Notes: generated from the sequence alone by a model not told the origin. A DNA stretch of 64,000 bases from an uncultured Chthonomonadaceae bacterium (GCA_963835065.1 CAWIEK010000060.1:132293-196292); one strand, 5' to 3'. Positions 22,303-32,199 are shown, counted from the stretch's first letter. Translations and numbers: made by a program.

Positions 22303-24537
22303 ATGTCGGAAGACTTTTCCACGCAATCTTCAGAAATATCGCTGCGCGATTACGCGGATTTGCTGCGGCGGCGCAAGTACATCGTTCTGCAAACGTTTGT
22401 GCTGGTCATCATGGTGGGAACCATTGTGACGTACCTGACCAAGCCCACGTACCGCACCATCGCGCGCATTCTGGTGGAAGGCCGCGAGTTCACCCTCGCG
22501 CAGTACAACACCTCAGATCCCCTGAGTACCCTCTTCATGCCGGATGCGGGGCACGATATTTCCACGCAGATCGAAGTGCTGCAAAGCGCGCGGGTGATGA
22601 GCGATGCGTTTCAATCCGCCGGGGTGTCGCCTGCCGATGTGCATGTGGACATCAAGCAAGTCGGCAATACGGACGTGATCGAGATCGTCACCGAGTCCAA
22701 CAAGGCCGAGTACGCCGAGCGCATGGCCCGCGTCCTGCCCACCGTGTATAAAAACTACATGGCGGGCAATCGCAAAACCGAAGTGGTCACGGCTCTTTCC
22801 TCGTCGCGGGACCGATTAAACGAAGAAAAGCAGAAACTGAGCCAGGCGGAATACGCCATACAAAAGTTCAAGCAGAAAACCCATCTGCCGGACGTAGCCC
22901 TGGATAAAACGTCGCGTATCGGCGAAGCGAACTCGACGGAAAGCGAAGCCAAGCGCGCGCAGGCAGACGTTGCTTCAGCCGCCGCCCGTTTGAATACCCT
23001 GCAGGCTGACCGCAAGCGCCAGCCGGACTTTATAGACACGCCGACGACGGTTTCCAACAACGCCGCCCTGCAAACCGCCAAAGACCAGCTTTCTCAATTG
23101 CGTAATGAGCGCGTTCGCCTGCTTGCCGGTTACAAGCCGGGAACCTTTGAAATCAATCAGGTAGACACGCAGATCGCGCAGGCCGAGCAGCGTCTCAATG
23201 ATACGCCGCCAACCGTCACCAGCGTTTCCCACGCGCCCAACCCGATTTTGAGCAGCTACGACCAGAAGGTTTCCGAAGCGCAGGCGACCCTCAACGCGGC
23301 GCAGGCGCAATTGGACAAAGCGCAGAGCCATGCGACCGAAGCCACCGCCAAGCTTGGCAAGTTCAGTACGCTGGATCGGCAGCAGGCGGAATTGCAGCGC
23401 AATCTGGAAGAGCATCAGGCCAATGTCAAGACCCTGACGACAACCGTGCAGATGCTGGATTTGCGCGACAAAGCCACGCACGATCCGCTCATGACCATCA
23501 CGCCCGCCGGTCCCGCGTTTCAAGTCGCGCCCCGCCCGGTTATCAACATGATCTATTCCGCTGTCGTGGGATTGATTCTGGCGTTGGGACTGGCGCTGCT
23601 GCAGGAATTCATGGATGACCGCGTGAATTCGCCCGACGATGCGCGGCGGATGCTGGATACGCCGGTTCTGGGCTATGTGCCGTTAATTGAAAAAGAGGAA
23701 GGGCGGCTGCTCAGTCAAACGCGCAGTAACGGCGCGATTCTGGAAAGCTACCGCGTGGTGCGCTCCAACGTGCAGTTCGCCACGCTTGGCTCGCAGGTCT
23801 GTTCGCTCCTTGTCACCAGCACGGTTCCCGGCGAAGGCAAGTCCGTGACGGCCACCAACCTGGCGATTGCGATGGCATTGGACGGCAAAAAGGTGATTCT
23901 TGTGGACGCCGATCTGCGCCGCTCTACCGTGCATCAAAAGTTCGACATTCCGCAATCCCCCGGCCTGACCAATGTGCTTATCGGGCGCACGTCCCTGGAA
24001 GCCGCCCTGCGCGATACGGAATTTCCCGGCCTGCGGCTACTGACTGCCGGCCCACAGCCGCCCAACCCGGCGGAACTGCTCAACTCGGAGCCGATGCAGC
24101 GTCTGCACGAGCGGCTTAAAGAATACGCCGACGTGGTGATTTACGACAGCCCGCCGTGTCTGGCGACTGCCGATGCGCAGGTCTTGTCGGCTTCGGTAGA
24201 CGGCGTGATGTACGTGATCCAACTGGGCGAAACCAAAAAATCCGGCGTCCGCCACGCGATGGAACTGCTGAACCAGGCACACGCCAATGTGCTGGGCGTG
24301 ATCTTCAACAAGGTTCGCGCTAATGGCAAGCAATCCGGCTACTATGATTACTACGGCTATTACGGGTATTATGGAAGCGTGTATGGCGAGGACGGTTCGC
24401 GCAAGCGCGTGAGTTCCGAATTTGAAGCCCTGCTTGCCGACAGCGACGAAGAACCCCGCGAACCGGCAGCAGCCATTTTGCCCCCGGCGGAAACGCGCCC
24501 GACCCAGAGCCGAAGCGGAAAGCGAAAGGAAGACTGA
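22303..24537 (+). CDS. wzc: Wzc-type polysaccharide co-polymerase / tyrosine autokinase
   Basis: Two TMs around a coiled coil; ESYRVVRSN; Walker A PGEGKS; VDADLR; YDSPP; Tyr cluster GYYDYYGYYGYY. Confidence 0.95.
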   Translation: MSEDFSTQSSEISLRDYADLLRRRKYIVLQTFVLVIMVGTIVTYLTKPTYRTIARILVEGREFTLAQYNTSDPLSTLFMPDAGHDISTQIEVLQSARVMSDAFQSAGVSPADVHVDIKQVGNTDVIEIVTESNKAEYAERMARVLPTVYKNYMAGNRKTEVVTALSSSRDRLNEEKQKLSQAEYAIQKFKQKTHLPDVALDKTSRIGEANSTESEAKRAQADVASAAARLNTLQADRKRQPDFIDTPTTVSNNAALQTAKDQLSQLRNERVRLLAGYKPGTFEINQVDTQIAQAEQRLNDTPPTVTSVSHAPNPILSSYDQKVSEAQATLNAAQAQLDKAQSHATEATAKLGKFSTLDRQQAELQRNLEEHQANVKTLTTTVQMLDLRDKATHDPLMTITPAGPAFQVAPRPVINMIYSAVVGLILALGLALLQEFMDDRVNSPDDARRMLDTPVLGYVPLIEKEEGRLLSQTRSNGAILESYRVVRSNVQFATLGSQVCSLLVTSTVPGEGKSVTATNLAIAMALDGKKVILVDADLRRSTVHQKFDIPQSPGLTNVLIGRTSLEAALRDTEFPGLRLLTAGPQPPNPAELLNSEPMQRLHERLKEYADVVIYDSPPCLATADAQVLSASVDGVMYVIQLGETKKSGVRHAMELLNQAHANVLGVIFNKVRANGKQSGYYDYYGYYGYYGSVYGEDGSRKRVSSEFEALLADSDEEPREPAAAILPPAETRPTQSRSGKRKED

Positions 24538-24538
24538 C

Positions 24539-25921
24539 ATGCCTGCTTGCCATCGCGCAGGGACGCTTGCCCTGCTTGTAACCGGTCTCTCGCTTTCGCT
24601 GCTGCCGCGCCCGTCGGTTGCGCAGACAGCCCCTACGCAAAAAACAGAACCAAAAACCGCGCAGGCGGACGCGCCCAAACAAACCCAGGCCGGAACGCCG
24701 CAAACAGCGTCAAAGGCGACGGACAAACAAACTCCATCTGCCAACAATGCGAATAATACAGGCGCGAAGGATGCGGGAGCAACTGTAAAAGATACAGCAA
24801 CCGCCGCGAAGAACAACAGCGCCACGCCTACCGACCCTGCGGAATACGTTTTGGGAGCGGACGACGTAATTGAATTGAACGTCAGCCACCATCCCGACTT
24901 GAACCGGCAAATGACCATTCTGCCGGACGGCAAAATCACCCTGCCCGATCAGGGCGATTTTCAGGCGTCCGGCAAAACGCGGCGCGAACTGGCGGCGGAA
25001 ATTCAAACCGCCTACGAGAAAACGCTTAATAACGCCAGCGTGACCATTATCGTGCGGGAAGTGCGCTCGCGCAAAGTGGGCGTGACCGGGGCCGTGCATG
25101 CGTCCGGCAATTTTGACCTGAAACAAAACTGGCGCTTGATGGACTTGATCGCGTCTGCGGGCGGATTGACCGCCAAGCCCAACCGCATCAAAGGCCGCCT
25201 GCTGCGCAATTTGAAGACTATAACGCTCGATGTGGAGCGGGCTAACGCCAAGCCGGACGATGACAGCGCGAATGTGGTATTGCAGGCGGGCGATATTGTG
25301 CTGCTCGACGACCTGCCGCCCCTGCGCGATGAAGTGTCCGTTTTGGGGCAAATCGCGCATATCGGCACGTTTCCCCTGGACGACCAGACCACGCTGATTA
25401 CCTTGATTACGCAGGCGGGCGGACCGACGGAACGCGCCGCGCTGACCAAAGCCTATGTGCGCCGGGGCAACGCGCAAATTCCGCTCAACCTGCGTCCCTC
25501 CTTAGCGCTGAATCAACAGGACGAAACCATCACCAATTTCAAGCTGAAAGCCGGCGACGTACTGGTGATTCCCGAAATCGAAAAGCGCTACGCTGTAATG
25601 GGCCAGGTCGCGCATCCAAGCTATTATCCCATTCCCGAAAAGGGTCCGGTGAACGTTTTTGAAGCGTTCAACTTCGCGGGCGGGCAGTTGCCGTCCGGCG
25701 ACCTGTCCAAAGCGGGCATCATCCGCATGGTGGACGGCAAGCCGACCGTAATCCCGGTCAACATGAACAACATCCTGAAAAAGCCGGAAACGGCCATGAA
25801 TTTGACCTTGCAGCCCGAAGACGTCTTAGTGGTTCCACTGCGCGGTCAGCGCGGATTAACGATTCAGGACGCGCTTTCGCCGCTCTCAATTTTAAGTCTA
25901 TTCGGCCTTCGATTTTTCTAA
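24539..25921 (+). CDS. wza: Wza-like polysaccharide export protein with multiple SLBB domains
   Basis: YVLGADDVI..PDGKITLP Poly_export motif; three SLBB-like repeats; low-complexity N-term linker. Confidence 0.9.
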   Translation: MPACHRAGTLALLVTGLSLSLLPRPSVAQTAPTQKTEPKTAQADAPKQTQAGTPQTASKATDKQTPSANNANNTGAKDAGATVKDTATAAKNNSATPTDPAEYVLGADDVIELNVSHHPDLNRQMTILPDGKITLPDQGDFQASGKTRRELAAEIQTAYEKTLNNASVTIIVREVRSRKVGVTGAVHASGNFDLKQNWRLMDLIASAGGLTAKPNRIKGRLLRNLKTITLDVERANAKPDDDSANVVLQAGDIVLLDDLPPLRDEVSVLGQIAHIGTFPLDDQTTLITLITQAGGPTERAALTKAYVRRGNAQIPLNLRPSLALNQQDETITNFKLKAGDVLVIPEIEKRYAVMGQVAHPSYYPIPEKGPVNVFEAFNFAGGQLPSGDLSKAGIIRMVDGKPTVIPVNMNNILKKPETAMNLTLQPEDVLVVPLRGQRGLTIQDALSPLSILSLFGLRFF

Positions 25922-25946
25922 AATTTTAAGGGACGCAGGTATCGGA

Positions 25947-25976
25947 CTTATCCCTTACCACTTATCCCTTATCCCT
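25947..25976. repeat. CTTATCC heptamer tandem repeat (single arm)
   Basis: CTTATCCCTTACCACTTATCCCTTATCCCT; the reverse-complement motif occurs at 32881-32903. Confidence 0.7.
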
Positions 25977-26042
25977 CTTCGGGATTGTCTCCGGCGCAAC
26001 ACCCCGAAGGATGTAACAAGCCGGAACACTGTTCTGTGTAGG

Positions 26043-26115
26043 TTGGCGGATGCGCGAGGCACCGCTGACATCGTTCCTATTTGCAGGAAGATTCGGATGC
26101 GCGAGGCACCGGATC
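26043..26115 (+). promoter_or_regulatory. Candidate structured leader with two identical hairpin tops
   Basis: 18-bp CGGATGCGCGAGGCACCG at 26047 and 26094, each closing a different but fully pairing lower stem. Confidence 0.55.
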
Positions 26116-26139
26116 GGACGCAACGGAAAGGACACGGTT

Positions 26140-27954
26140 ATGACCACGAAATCCTGGTGGGCACAGACGGTACACAACAAACTCATTGCTTTAATTCTGG
26201 CAATGGTCGTTCTTGTGCCGTTGGTTGCCACTCCTGCCGGCAATGCCACGCGCGGCCTGGCCGCTCTCACCTTCGAGGGCCTGGGCGTCGCGCTGCTGGC
26301 AACGCTGCTGTGGCGCACCGATTGGAATATCAATCGCGCCAAAATCAAAGAGTTTTTCACAACGGGCGCAAACCTGCCCATTGTGCTGTTCCTGGGACTG
26401 GCAATCGCGTCATGCGTGATGTCCACCCACAAACAGTACAGCGAACAGGAACTGCTGCGCGTTGGAACCGGCATCCTGCTGTATTTCGCCGTCGCGTATG
26501 AGTTTCGCCGCTCGGAACAGCTTGCCCGCCTGGTAGACGCGCTGGTGGCTGTTACCATCGTCGTGTCGGTGATTGGCTTCGCGCAGTACGCAAGCAGCCA
26601 TTCGTTTCACAACATGGGCGTGTTCGGCGACCATCAGTTGTTCGGCTCGTTTCTGATGATTTTGCTGCCCATCGTGGGCATCATGGCGGTGAGCGAAAAG
26701 AATCCCAACCGCCAGCTTGTGGCGCAGATCGCGACGGTTATGGCCGCGACCTGCCTGCTGCTGTCGCAGGCGCGCAGCGCGTGGATCGGCGCGGCGGCGG
26801 GCATGCTGCTGCTTGGCATTGTCGCCAGCGTCATGGCATGGAAAGATAAAAGTTCGCGGCACAACAGGCATCTGGTGGTTCTGCCTGCCCTGCTGCTCGT
26901 GATCGCGGTCGGCTTTTTCCTGCTGATCTTCCCGCAAACCAGCGCCCTTGTCGGACGCGCTACTACGCTGCAAAGCGCCAGCGCGGTGGATACGTGGAAA
27001 ATCCGCCAGCATACGTGGGCCGGCGTGGATAAAATGATTCGGGAACGCCCGCTTACGGGCTTCGGGCTGGGCCTGTATCCCTACTACCAGAAAGAATATA
27101 CCCACGATGGCATGCCCCTAGCGCGCATGGGCGGCGCTCCTTCGCTTGGCGAACAGGCGCATAACACCTATCTGCAAACCGCCGCCGAATTGGGTCTGCC
27201 CGGCCTGCTGCTGATGGTGGCGACGCTGGCAGTGTTTTTAGTCACGGGCTTTCGGCGGATCGGGCAATTGGAGCCGGGTACGCGCCGCAGCCTGCTGATG
27301 GGGTCGCTGGCCGCTGTAGTGGCGTTTGCCGTAGATGCGTTTGCCAGTCCCTCGTGGCAATGCGGGCAGATATCCATGTTCTTCTGGCTGACGATGGGCA
27401 TTGGCGTTGCCAGTATGCGCCCGCAGGCCCGTCCGCGCAAGGAACTGACAGCGGGAGTCAACATCGCCGCCCTCAAAACGCGCTCCGTGCAGTCGGAACC
27501 TGAAGCCGCGCCTCCCGTGTGGCTGCCGCGCTTCGCCCGCCCCGCCGGCGTACTGGCCGCGCTGACGCTGATTTTGCTGCTGCCGACGTTTGCGTTCGCG
27601 GTCGGCGATCTGTACGCCACGCCCGTCAGCATCGAGATACTGCCTGCCAACAGCTCGATTCGCGGCGGCGGTACGCAGATTTTCACGGTCTTCGTCACCT
27701 ACAGCGACGGCAACCGGGTGGATGTTACTCTGGACAACGCATCGGGACCGGGCACGGATCGCACCGTGATTACCGAACGGAATGGGCAGGGCTTTATGAC
27801 CGGCCCGAACAACCGCGTGTACCAAAGCAAAACCCGCGAAGTGGACCAGGTGACGATCCAGGCGGCGTACTCGCAGACGGCGAATCCCGCATTTCCAGGG
27901 CAGGTGTCCGGCACGATCATCGGTACGACAACTCTGACGGTTCGCTATCCGTAA
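26140..27954 (+). CDS. O-antigen ligase-family protein with a C-terminal Ig-like (Big_2-type) domain
   Basis: SQARSAW, RPLTGFGLG, QAHNTYLQTAAELG; C-term SIEILP..TQIFTVFVTYSDG..DVT. Confidence 0.85.
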   Translation: MTTKSWWAQTVHNKLIALILAMVVLVPLVATPAGNATRGLAALTFEGLGVALLATLLWRTDWNINRAKIKEFFTTGANLPIVLFLGLAIASCVMSTHKQYSEQELLRVGTGILLYFAVAYEFRRSEQLARLVDALVAVTIVVSVIGFAQYASSHSFHNMGVFGDHQLFGSFLMILLPIVGIMAVSEKNPNRQLVAQIATVMAATCLLLSQARSAWIGAAAGMLLLGIVASVMAWKDKSSRHNRHLVVLPALLLVIAVGFFLLIFPQTSALVGRATTLQSASAVDTWKIRQHTWAGVDKMIRERPLTGFGLGLYPYYQKEYTHDGMPLARMGGAPSLGEQAHNTYLQTAAELGLPGLLLMVATLAVFLVTGFRRIGQLEPGTRRSLLMGSLAAVVAFAVDAFASPSWQCGQISMFFWLTMGIGVASMRPQARPRKELTAGVNIAALKTRSVQSEPEAAPPVWLPRFARPAGVLAALTLILLLPTFAFAVGDLYATPVSIEILPANSSIRGGGTQIFTVFVTYSDGNRVDVTLDNASGPGTDRTVITERNGQGFMTGPNNRVYQSKTREVDQVTIQAAYSQTANPAFPGQVSGTIIGTTTLTVRYP

Positions 27955-28142
27955 GCCGTGCTTCCCAACAGGCTTTCGCAGGAAGAGAACCCCGGTTCCG
28001 GGAACCTGTGAAGGCCGCGCGGCGGCAAATGCTGCCGCCGCGTTCCCGCTAAAACGGCGTCCACCGGCAGTATCAAGGGACGCATACTGTCTACTCATGC
28101 AGACGTGGGTTCAACTCCGCGCTGCTGAGGAAGGATAAACGC

Positions 28143-28880
28143 ATGAAACGATTTTTACTGCTCGCCGCTGCGGGCAGCCTGATCGCGCTGCTGTCTACAG
28201 GCGCGCGCGCTCAAGATACGTTCGATTTTGAGAATCAGGCGGCCTTAATCGGACAGTCCATCACAGCATCGCCGACAGTATCCGCTGTAGCGCCTTCAAT
28301 TCGTACGCTTACGCTCAGTCAATCGGGCCTGACAGCCCCGCCTTCGGGTACATCAGGCTTCACCTACCTTGACAACAATGCCGGCGGCGTTGTCGCCTTC
28401 GGCAACAACCTGGACAATATCTCCATCGGCGATGCGGGGGATGGCACGGCGCTGGAAACGCTCACGCTCACGTTCGCGCAGGCGGTATCCGGCTTGACGT
28501 TTCAATTTGTCACGTTCCCAGCCGCGATCAACGCGCCTATCGAATTGAACGCTACTACCAATTCGGGATTGTCCTTCAGCAGCGCAGGGGTTCTAAACGG
28601 CACAACCGGCAACGGCGAAGGCAGCATCGTGTTGGCGGGCGGGCTGTTCACCGTCGTCAACCTGTCGCTCAACGCCGTTCCGCAAGTGGGTGGCGTAGCC
28701 GCTACGGTCGGCGATACGTTTATCGTGGATACCTTTGTCGTTACGCCGTCCGTCATTGCGGTTCCCGAACCGGGCAGTATCGCCCTGCTTCTGGGAAGCG
28801 CCCTGCCCCTCGCCTGGGGATTGCGGCGGAAAATGCAGGCGCGTCGAACAGGCTTGAAGTTGGTGAATAATCGGGCATGA
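28143..28880 (+). CDS. PEP-CTERM surface protein
   Basis: Signal peptide ending ARA-Q; Thr/Ser/Gly-rich; VPEPGSIALL-TM-RRK; stop overlaps the wzx start (ATGA). Confidence 0.92.
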   Translation: MKRFLLLAAAGSLIALLSTGARAQDTFDFENQAALIGQSITASPTVSAVAPSIRTLTLSQSGLTAPPSGTSGFTYLDNNAGGVVAFGNNLDNISIGDAGDGTALETLTLTFAQAVSGLTFQFVTFPAAINAPIELNATTNSGLSFSSAGVLNGTTGNGEGSIVLAGGLFTVVNLSLNAVPQVGGVAATVGDTFIVDTFVVTPSVIAVPEPGSIALLLGSALPLAWGLRRKMQARRTGLKLVNNRA

Positions 28881-30391
28881 GCCATGACGATGCTTCCCAT
28901 TCAAATGACGCTCATCATAATGCTTCCAATCTGAATAAGCGGGCGTTTCAGGGCATCAAACTGCTGTTTGGGCGGCAGGCGGCAACGCAGTTGGCAGGGT
29001 TGGCGGGCGGCGTTTTGCTGGCGCGGCGGCTCAATCCTGCCGACTTCGGCGTTTACGCCATCATCACGTTTTTGGTGAGCGTCTTTACGCTTGTCGGCGA
29101 CCTGGGCGTGACCGCTTCGTACATTCAGCGCGAAGCCGAAATCGAAACGCATCAGTTGCAGCTTTCGTTTACGCTGCAATTCGCCCTGGCGAGTGTGATT
29201 GCCCTACTAGCCTGGATCGTATCACCCTGGATTTTGCGCTTCTACCCGCTGCTGCGCCACGACGCGGTTTGGATGGTGCGCCTGTTTGCGCTGACGCTGT
29301 ATTTCCCCGTATTTCGCTCCGTCAGCGCGGTGCAGTTGGAGCGCCACCTGCTTTACGCGCCCATTGCGCGGGCGGAAGTGGCGGAAATGGTCGTGTATCA
29401 AACGGTCGCCGTGCTGCTGGCGTTCAGCGGCTTTGGCGTGTGGAGTTTTGTAATCGCAACCCTGCTGCGCGGCCTGACCGGAACGCTCCTGCTGTATCGC
29501 GCCGCGCCCTGGCCGGTCCGCTTTTATTGGGAGAGGGCGGAAATGCGGCGGATCATCGGCTACGGCGTTTCTTTTCAGATGGGCAACATTCTGAACGGGT
29601 TCGGGAATTGGGCGACGCCAACGCTGGTAGGCATGCTCATCGGCCCGCAGGCTGTCGGCTATCTTGGCAACGCGACGGCAAACGCCAACCGCCCGCTTAT
29701 GATCGTGGAAGCCGTGATGCGCGTCAGCTTCCCGCACTTCAGCCGGATGCAGACGGATGCGGCGCAACTGCGGAACACGGCGAAAGCGTACATTTGCGGC
29801 TTCGTCTGGATGGCAAGCCTGTGGATGACCCTGTTGTGGGCCATCGGCGGGCCGCTGATTACCCTGGTTTATTCGCTCAAATGGCTTCCGTCCGTCGCCG
29901 CTTTGAAAATTCTGGTGGCAACGCTGCCGTTTGAAGTGACCAACTGGACGGTGGGATTTTGTTACGCTGCGGTCAATCGGAACTGGGTCGCCGTCCGCAT
30001 CATCGGCCTTCGCTCCATTTTGATGCTGGCTTTATCTGCCGCGCTGGTTCCCTGGTGCGGATTCACGGGCATTGCGTGGGCCACCCTGCTGTCGGCAAGC
30101 ATAGCGACGTGGCTGTACCTGGCGCAATTTGAAGCCGGTTTTCTGTGGGATACCCTGCGCCATGTCGCGTGGATCGGCGTCTGCGCTTTCGGAGGCACGC
30201 TGTTGGGGTTGCTCGGAGCGCGATTGATCGGCGGCAATGACGGGACGCATTGGGCGCTGCAATGCGCGCTTGGGGGCGTGGCGGCTTTGGGAGCGTACCT
30301 CGGATTATCCTTCCTGCTGGCTCCTCCGAACTATCGCAATCGCGCCCTTACCGCATTGCGCGTTCGCTTAGGGCAGGGACCATCCGCGTAA
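28877..30391 (+). CDS. wzx: Wzx oligosaccharide flippase
   Basis: LARRLNPADFG, DLGV...IQ, FGVWS; many TM segments. Confidence 0.9.
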   Translation: MSHDDASHSNDAHHNASNLNKRAFQGIKLLFGRQAATQLAGLAGGVLLARRLNPADFGVYAIITFLVSVFTLVGDLGVTASYIQREAEIETHQLQLSFTLQFALASVIALLAWIVSPWILRFYPLLRHDAVWMVRLFALTLYFPVFRSVSAVQLERHLLYAPIARAEVAEMVVYQTVAVLLAFSGFGVWSFVIATLLRGLTGTLLLYRAAPWPVRFYWERAEMRRIIGYGVSFQMGNILNGFGNWATPTLVGMLIGPQAVGYLGNATANANRPLMIVEAVMRVSFPHFSRMQTDAAQLRNTAKAYICGFVWMASLWMTLLWAIGGPLITLVYSLKWLPSVAALKILVATLPFEVTNWTVGFCYAAVNRNWVAVRIIGLRSILMLALSAALVPWCGFTGIAWATLLSASIATWLYLAQFEAGFLWDTLRHVAWIGVCAFGGTLLGLLGARLIGGNDGTHWALQCALGGVAALGAYLGLSFLLAPPNYRNRALTALRVRLGQGPSA

Positions 30392-30392
30392 T

Positions 30393-31322
30393 ATGAATCA
30401 GCCGCTGGTCAGTATTCTTATTCCCACCTACAACCGCGCCTGGCATATCGAACAAACCATTCGCAGCGCGCTGGCGCAAAGTTACGCCCCTCTGGAAGTA
30501 ATCGTTGTGGACGACGCGGGCGTGGACGATACGGCGCATGTAGTGCAGGCCATTGTGGATTCCCGCCTGACGTATCATCGGCAGCCGCAAAATGTCGGCA
30601 TGGTCGCCAATTGGGGCGCGTGTTTGGAGCAGGCGCGCGGAAAGTTCGTCGCGTTTTTGTCCGACGATGATCTATTGCGCCCGGAGTTCGTCGCCAATCG
30701 CCTGCGCTATCTTAGCGAAGACGACGGGGTTCATGTCGTGTTTTCCCGTTACGACGTGCAGGACAGGGACGGCAACCTGCTTTTTACCTGCAATGCAAAT
30801 TTGCGCGAACCGCGTCATTTGACAGGCGTGGAGTTGCTGAACGCGGCCCTGTCGCGGCAGTGGTTTGTGGGCGCGGCCCTGTACCGCCGTGATATAATGC
30901 AAAGCGTATGGCCTCGGCTTGCCGAGGATAACCTGGTTCTGGATTTTGGCTTGAACATTCGGTTGGCGATGCAGGGTGGCGAGGGCGTTTATCTCCCGAA
31001 CAACGATTTTGTTATGATGGCGCATCCGGGGCAAAACAGCCAGTCCATGCGCGAGCGCGTGATGCAGGAGGGCGAGGACGCGCTGCGGCGAATCCTGAAG
31101 GAAAACCCGCCTCTGCCCTGCGCGATGCTCCTGCGCCGCGAACTGGCGAACTGGAACGTGGTTTGGGGGCGACTGCTGTTTACGCAGGGACAGGCGCGGG
31201 CAGGCCGCGCCCGCTTTGTGCGCGCCCTGCGCTGTGACCCGCGCTTGCGGTGGGCGTGGCAGCAACTTGCGCTCTCCTGGGTTGCGCCGCAGCGATTGAA
31301 AACATCTTTGTCGGAGCGATAA
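30393..31322 (+). CDS. GT2 glycosyltransferase
   Basis: VSILIPTYNR, IVVDD, NVGMVANW, FLSDDD. Confidence 0.93.
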   Translation: MNQPLVSILIPTYNRAWHIEQTIRSALAQSYAPLEVIVVDDAGVDDTAHVVQAIVDSRLTYHRQPQNVGMVANWGACLEQARGKFVAFLSDDDLLRPEFVANRLRYLSEDDGVHVVFSRYDVQDRDGNLLFTCNANLREPRHLTGVELLNAALSRQWFVGAALYRRDIMQSVWPRLAEDNLVLDFGLNIRLAMQGGEGVYLPNNDFVMMAHPGQNSQSMRERVMQEGEDALRRILKENPPLPCAMLLRRELANWNVVWGRLLFTQGQARAGRARFVRALRCDPRLRWAWQQLALSWVAPQRLKTSLSER

Positions 31323-32170
31323 TGGCAGACATCGGCGTGGTTCATCTTGCCTGGGTTCCGCTCGGAATCGCGCCCTTTGAACGCTTTATTGCCTCGTACC
31401 GGCAGCATGACGCGCAGCAGGCGCATCATTTTACGGTTGTATTCAACGGGCATCAAACGCGCGACGAATTGACGCCGTACCTGCAATTGCTGGATGCCAC
31501 GCCGCATCAGCAACTTATTATTGATACTCCGCAGCAGGATATTGCCAGTTATTTCGACGCGGCGCGTTGTTTGCAGCACGATTATCTGTGCTTTCTCAAT
31601 TCGCACAGCGAAATTTTAGTTGACGGCTGGCTGCGCTTCCTGACGAAGCATGCTTTGCGCCCGGATGTTGGACTTGTCGGCGCAACCGGTTCGTGGGAAA
31701 GCGGGCGGTATCCTGCCCCGGAGCGACAGCATTATCGCACCGCAAAAGGCTACTTACTCGCGGTTCTGAATTGCAGGCTGCTGAACCGGCATTTCGGCGG
31801 TTTCCCTAACCCGCATCTGCGCACCAACGCCTTCCTGCTGTCGCGCCAAAGGATGCTGAAACTGCGCGGACAACCCATACGCGCCCGGCTGGACGCGCTG
31901 AAAGTTGAAAACGGACGGCATAGCCTCGCGCGGCAGACGCAGCAGCAAAACTTGAAGGTTCTGGTAGTCGGGCGGGATGGCAAAGGCTATGAACCCGAAG
32001 ATTGGCCGCGCAGCCTGACCTTCCGGCAGGGCGAGCAAGAGAACTTATTAATCGCGGATAACCGGACGCGGGATTATGCCACAGGTGATGCGCTAATGCG
32101 CCGCCTGCTTGCCGGTAAAGCCTGGGGCACTGCTTTCTCTTCGATAACCCTGGCCGACAGCGTATTGTAA
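31322..32170 (+). CDS. Conserved-looking hypothetical protein, possibly GT-A fold
   Basis: Coupled to the GT2 gene; YLCFLNSHS..L..GWL, VGLVGATGSWES, FPNPHLRTNAF. Confidence 0.6.
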   Translation: MADIGVVHLAWVPLGIAPFERFIASYRQHDAQQAHHFTVVFNGHQTRDELTPYLQLLDATPHQQLIIDTPQQDIASYFDAARCLQHDYLCFLNSHSEILVDGWLRFLTKHALRPDVGLVGATGSWESGRYPAPERQHYRTAKGYLLAVLNCRLLNRHFGGFPNPHLRTNAFLLSRQRMLKLRGQPIRARLDALKVENGRHSLARQTQQQNLKVLVVGRDGKGYEPEDWPRSLTFRQGEQENLLIADNRTRDYATGDALMRRLLAGKAWGTAFSSITLADSVL

Positions 32171-32199
32171 CCGGCAATCTGCTTCAATCAGGCAACGGG

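Noticed and set aside
21051..22322. 423-aa minus-strand ORF
   Set aside because: Antisense shadow of the PPIase gene with no recognisable motifs
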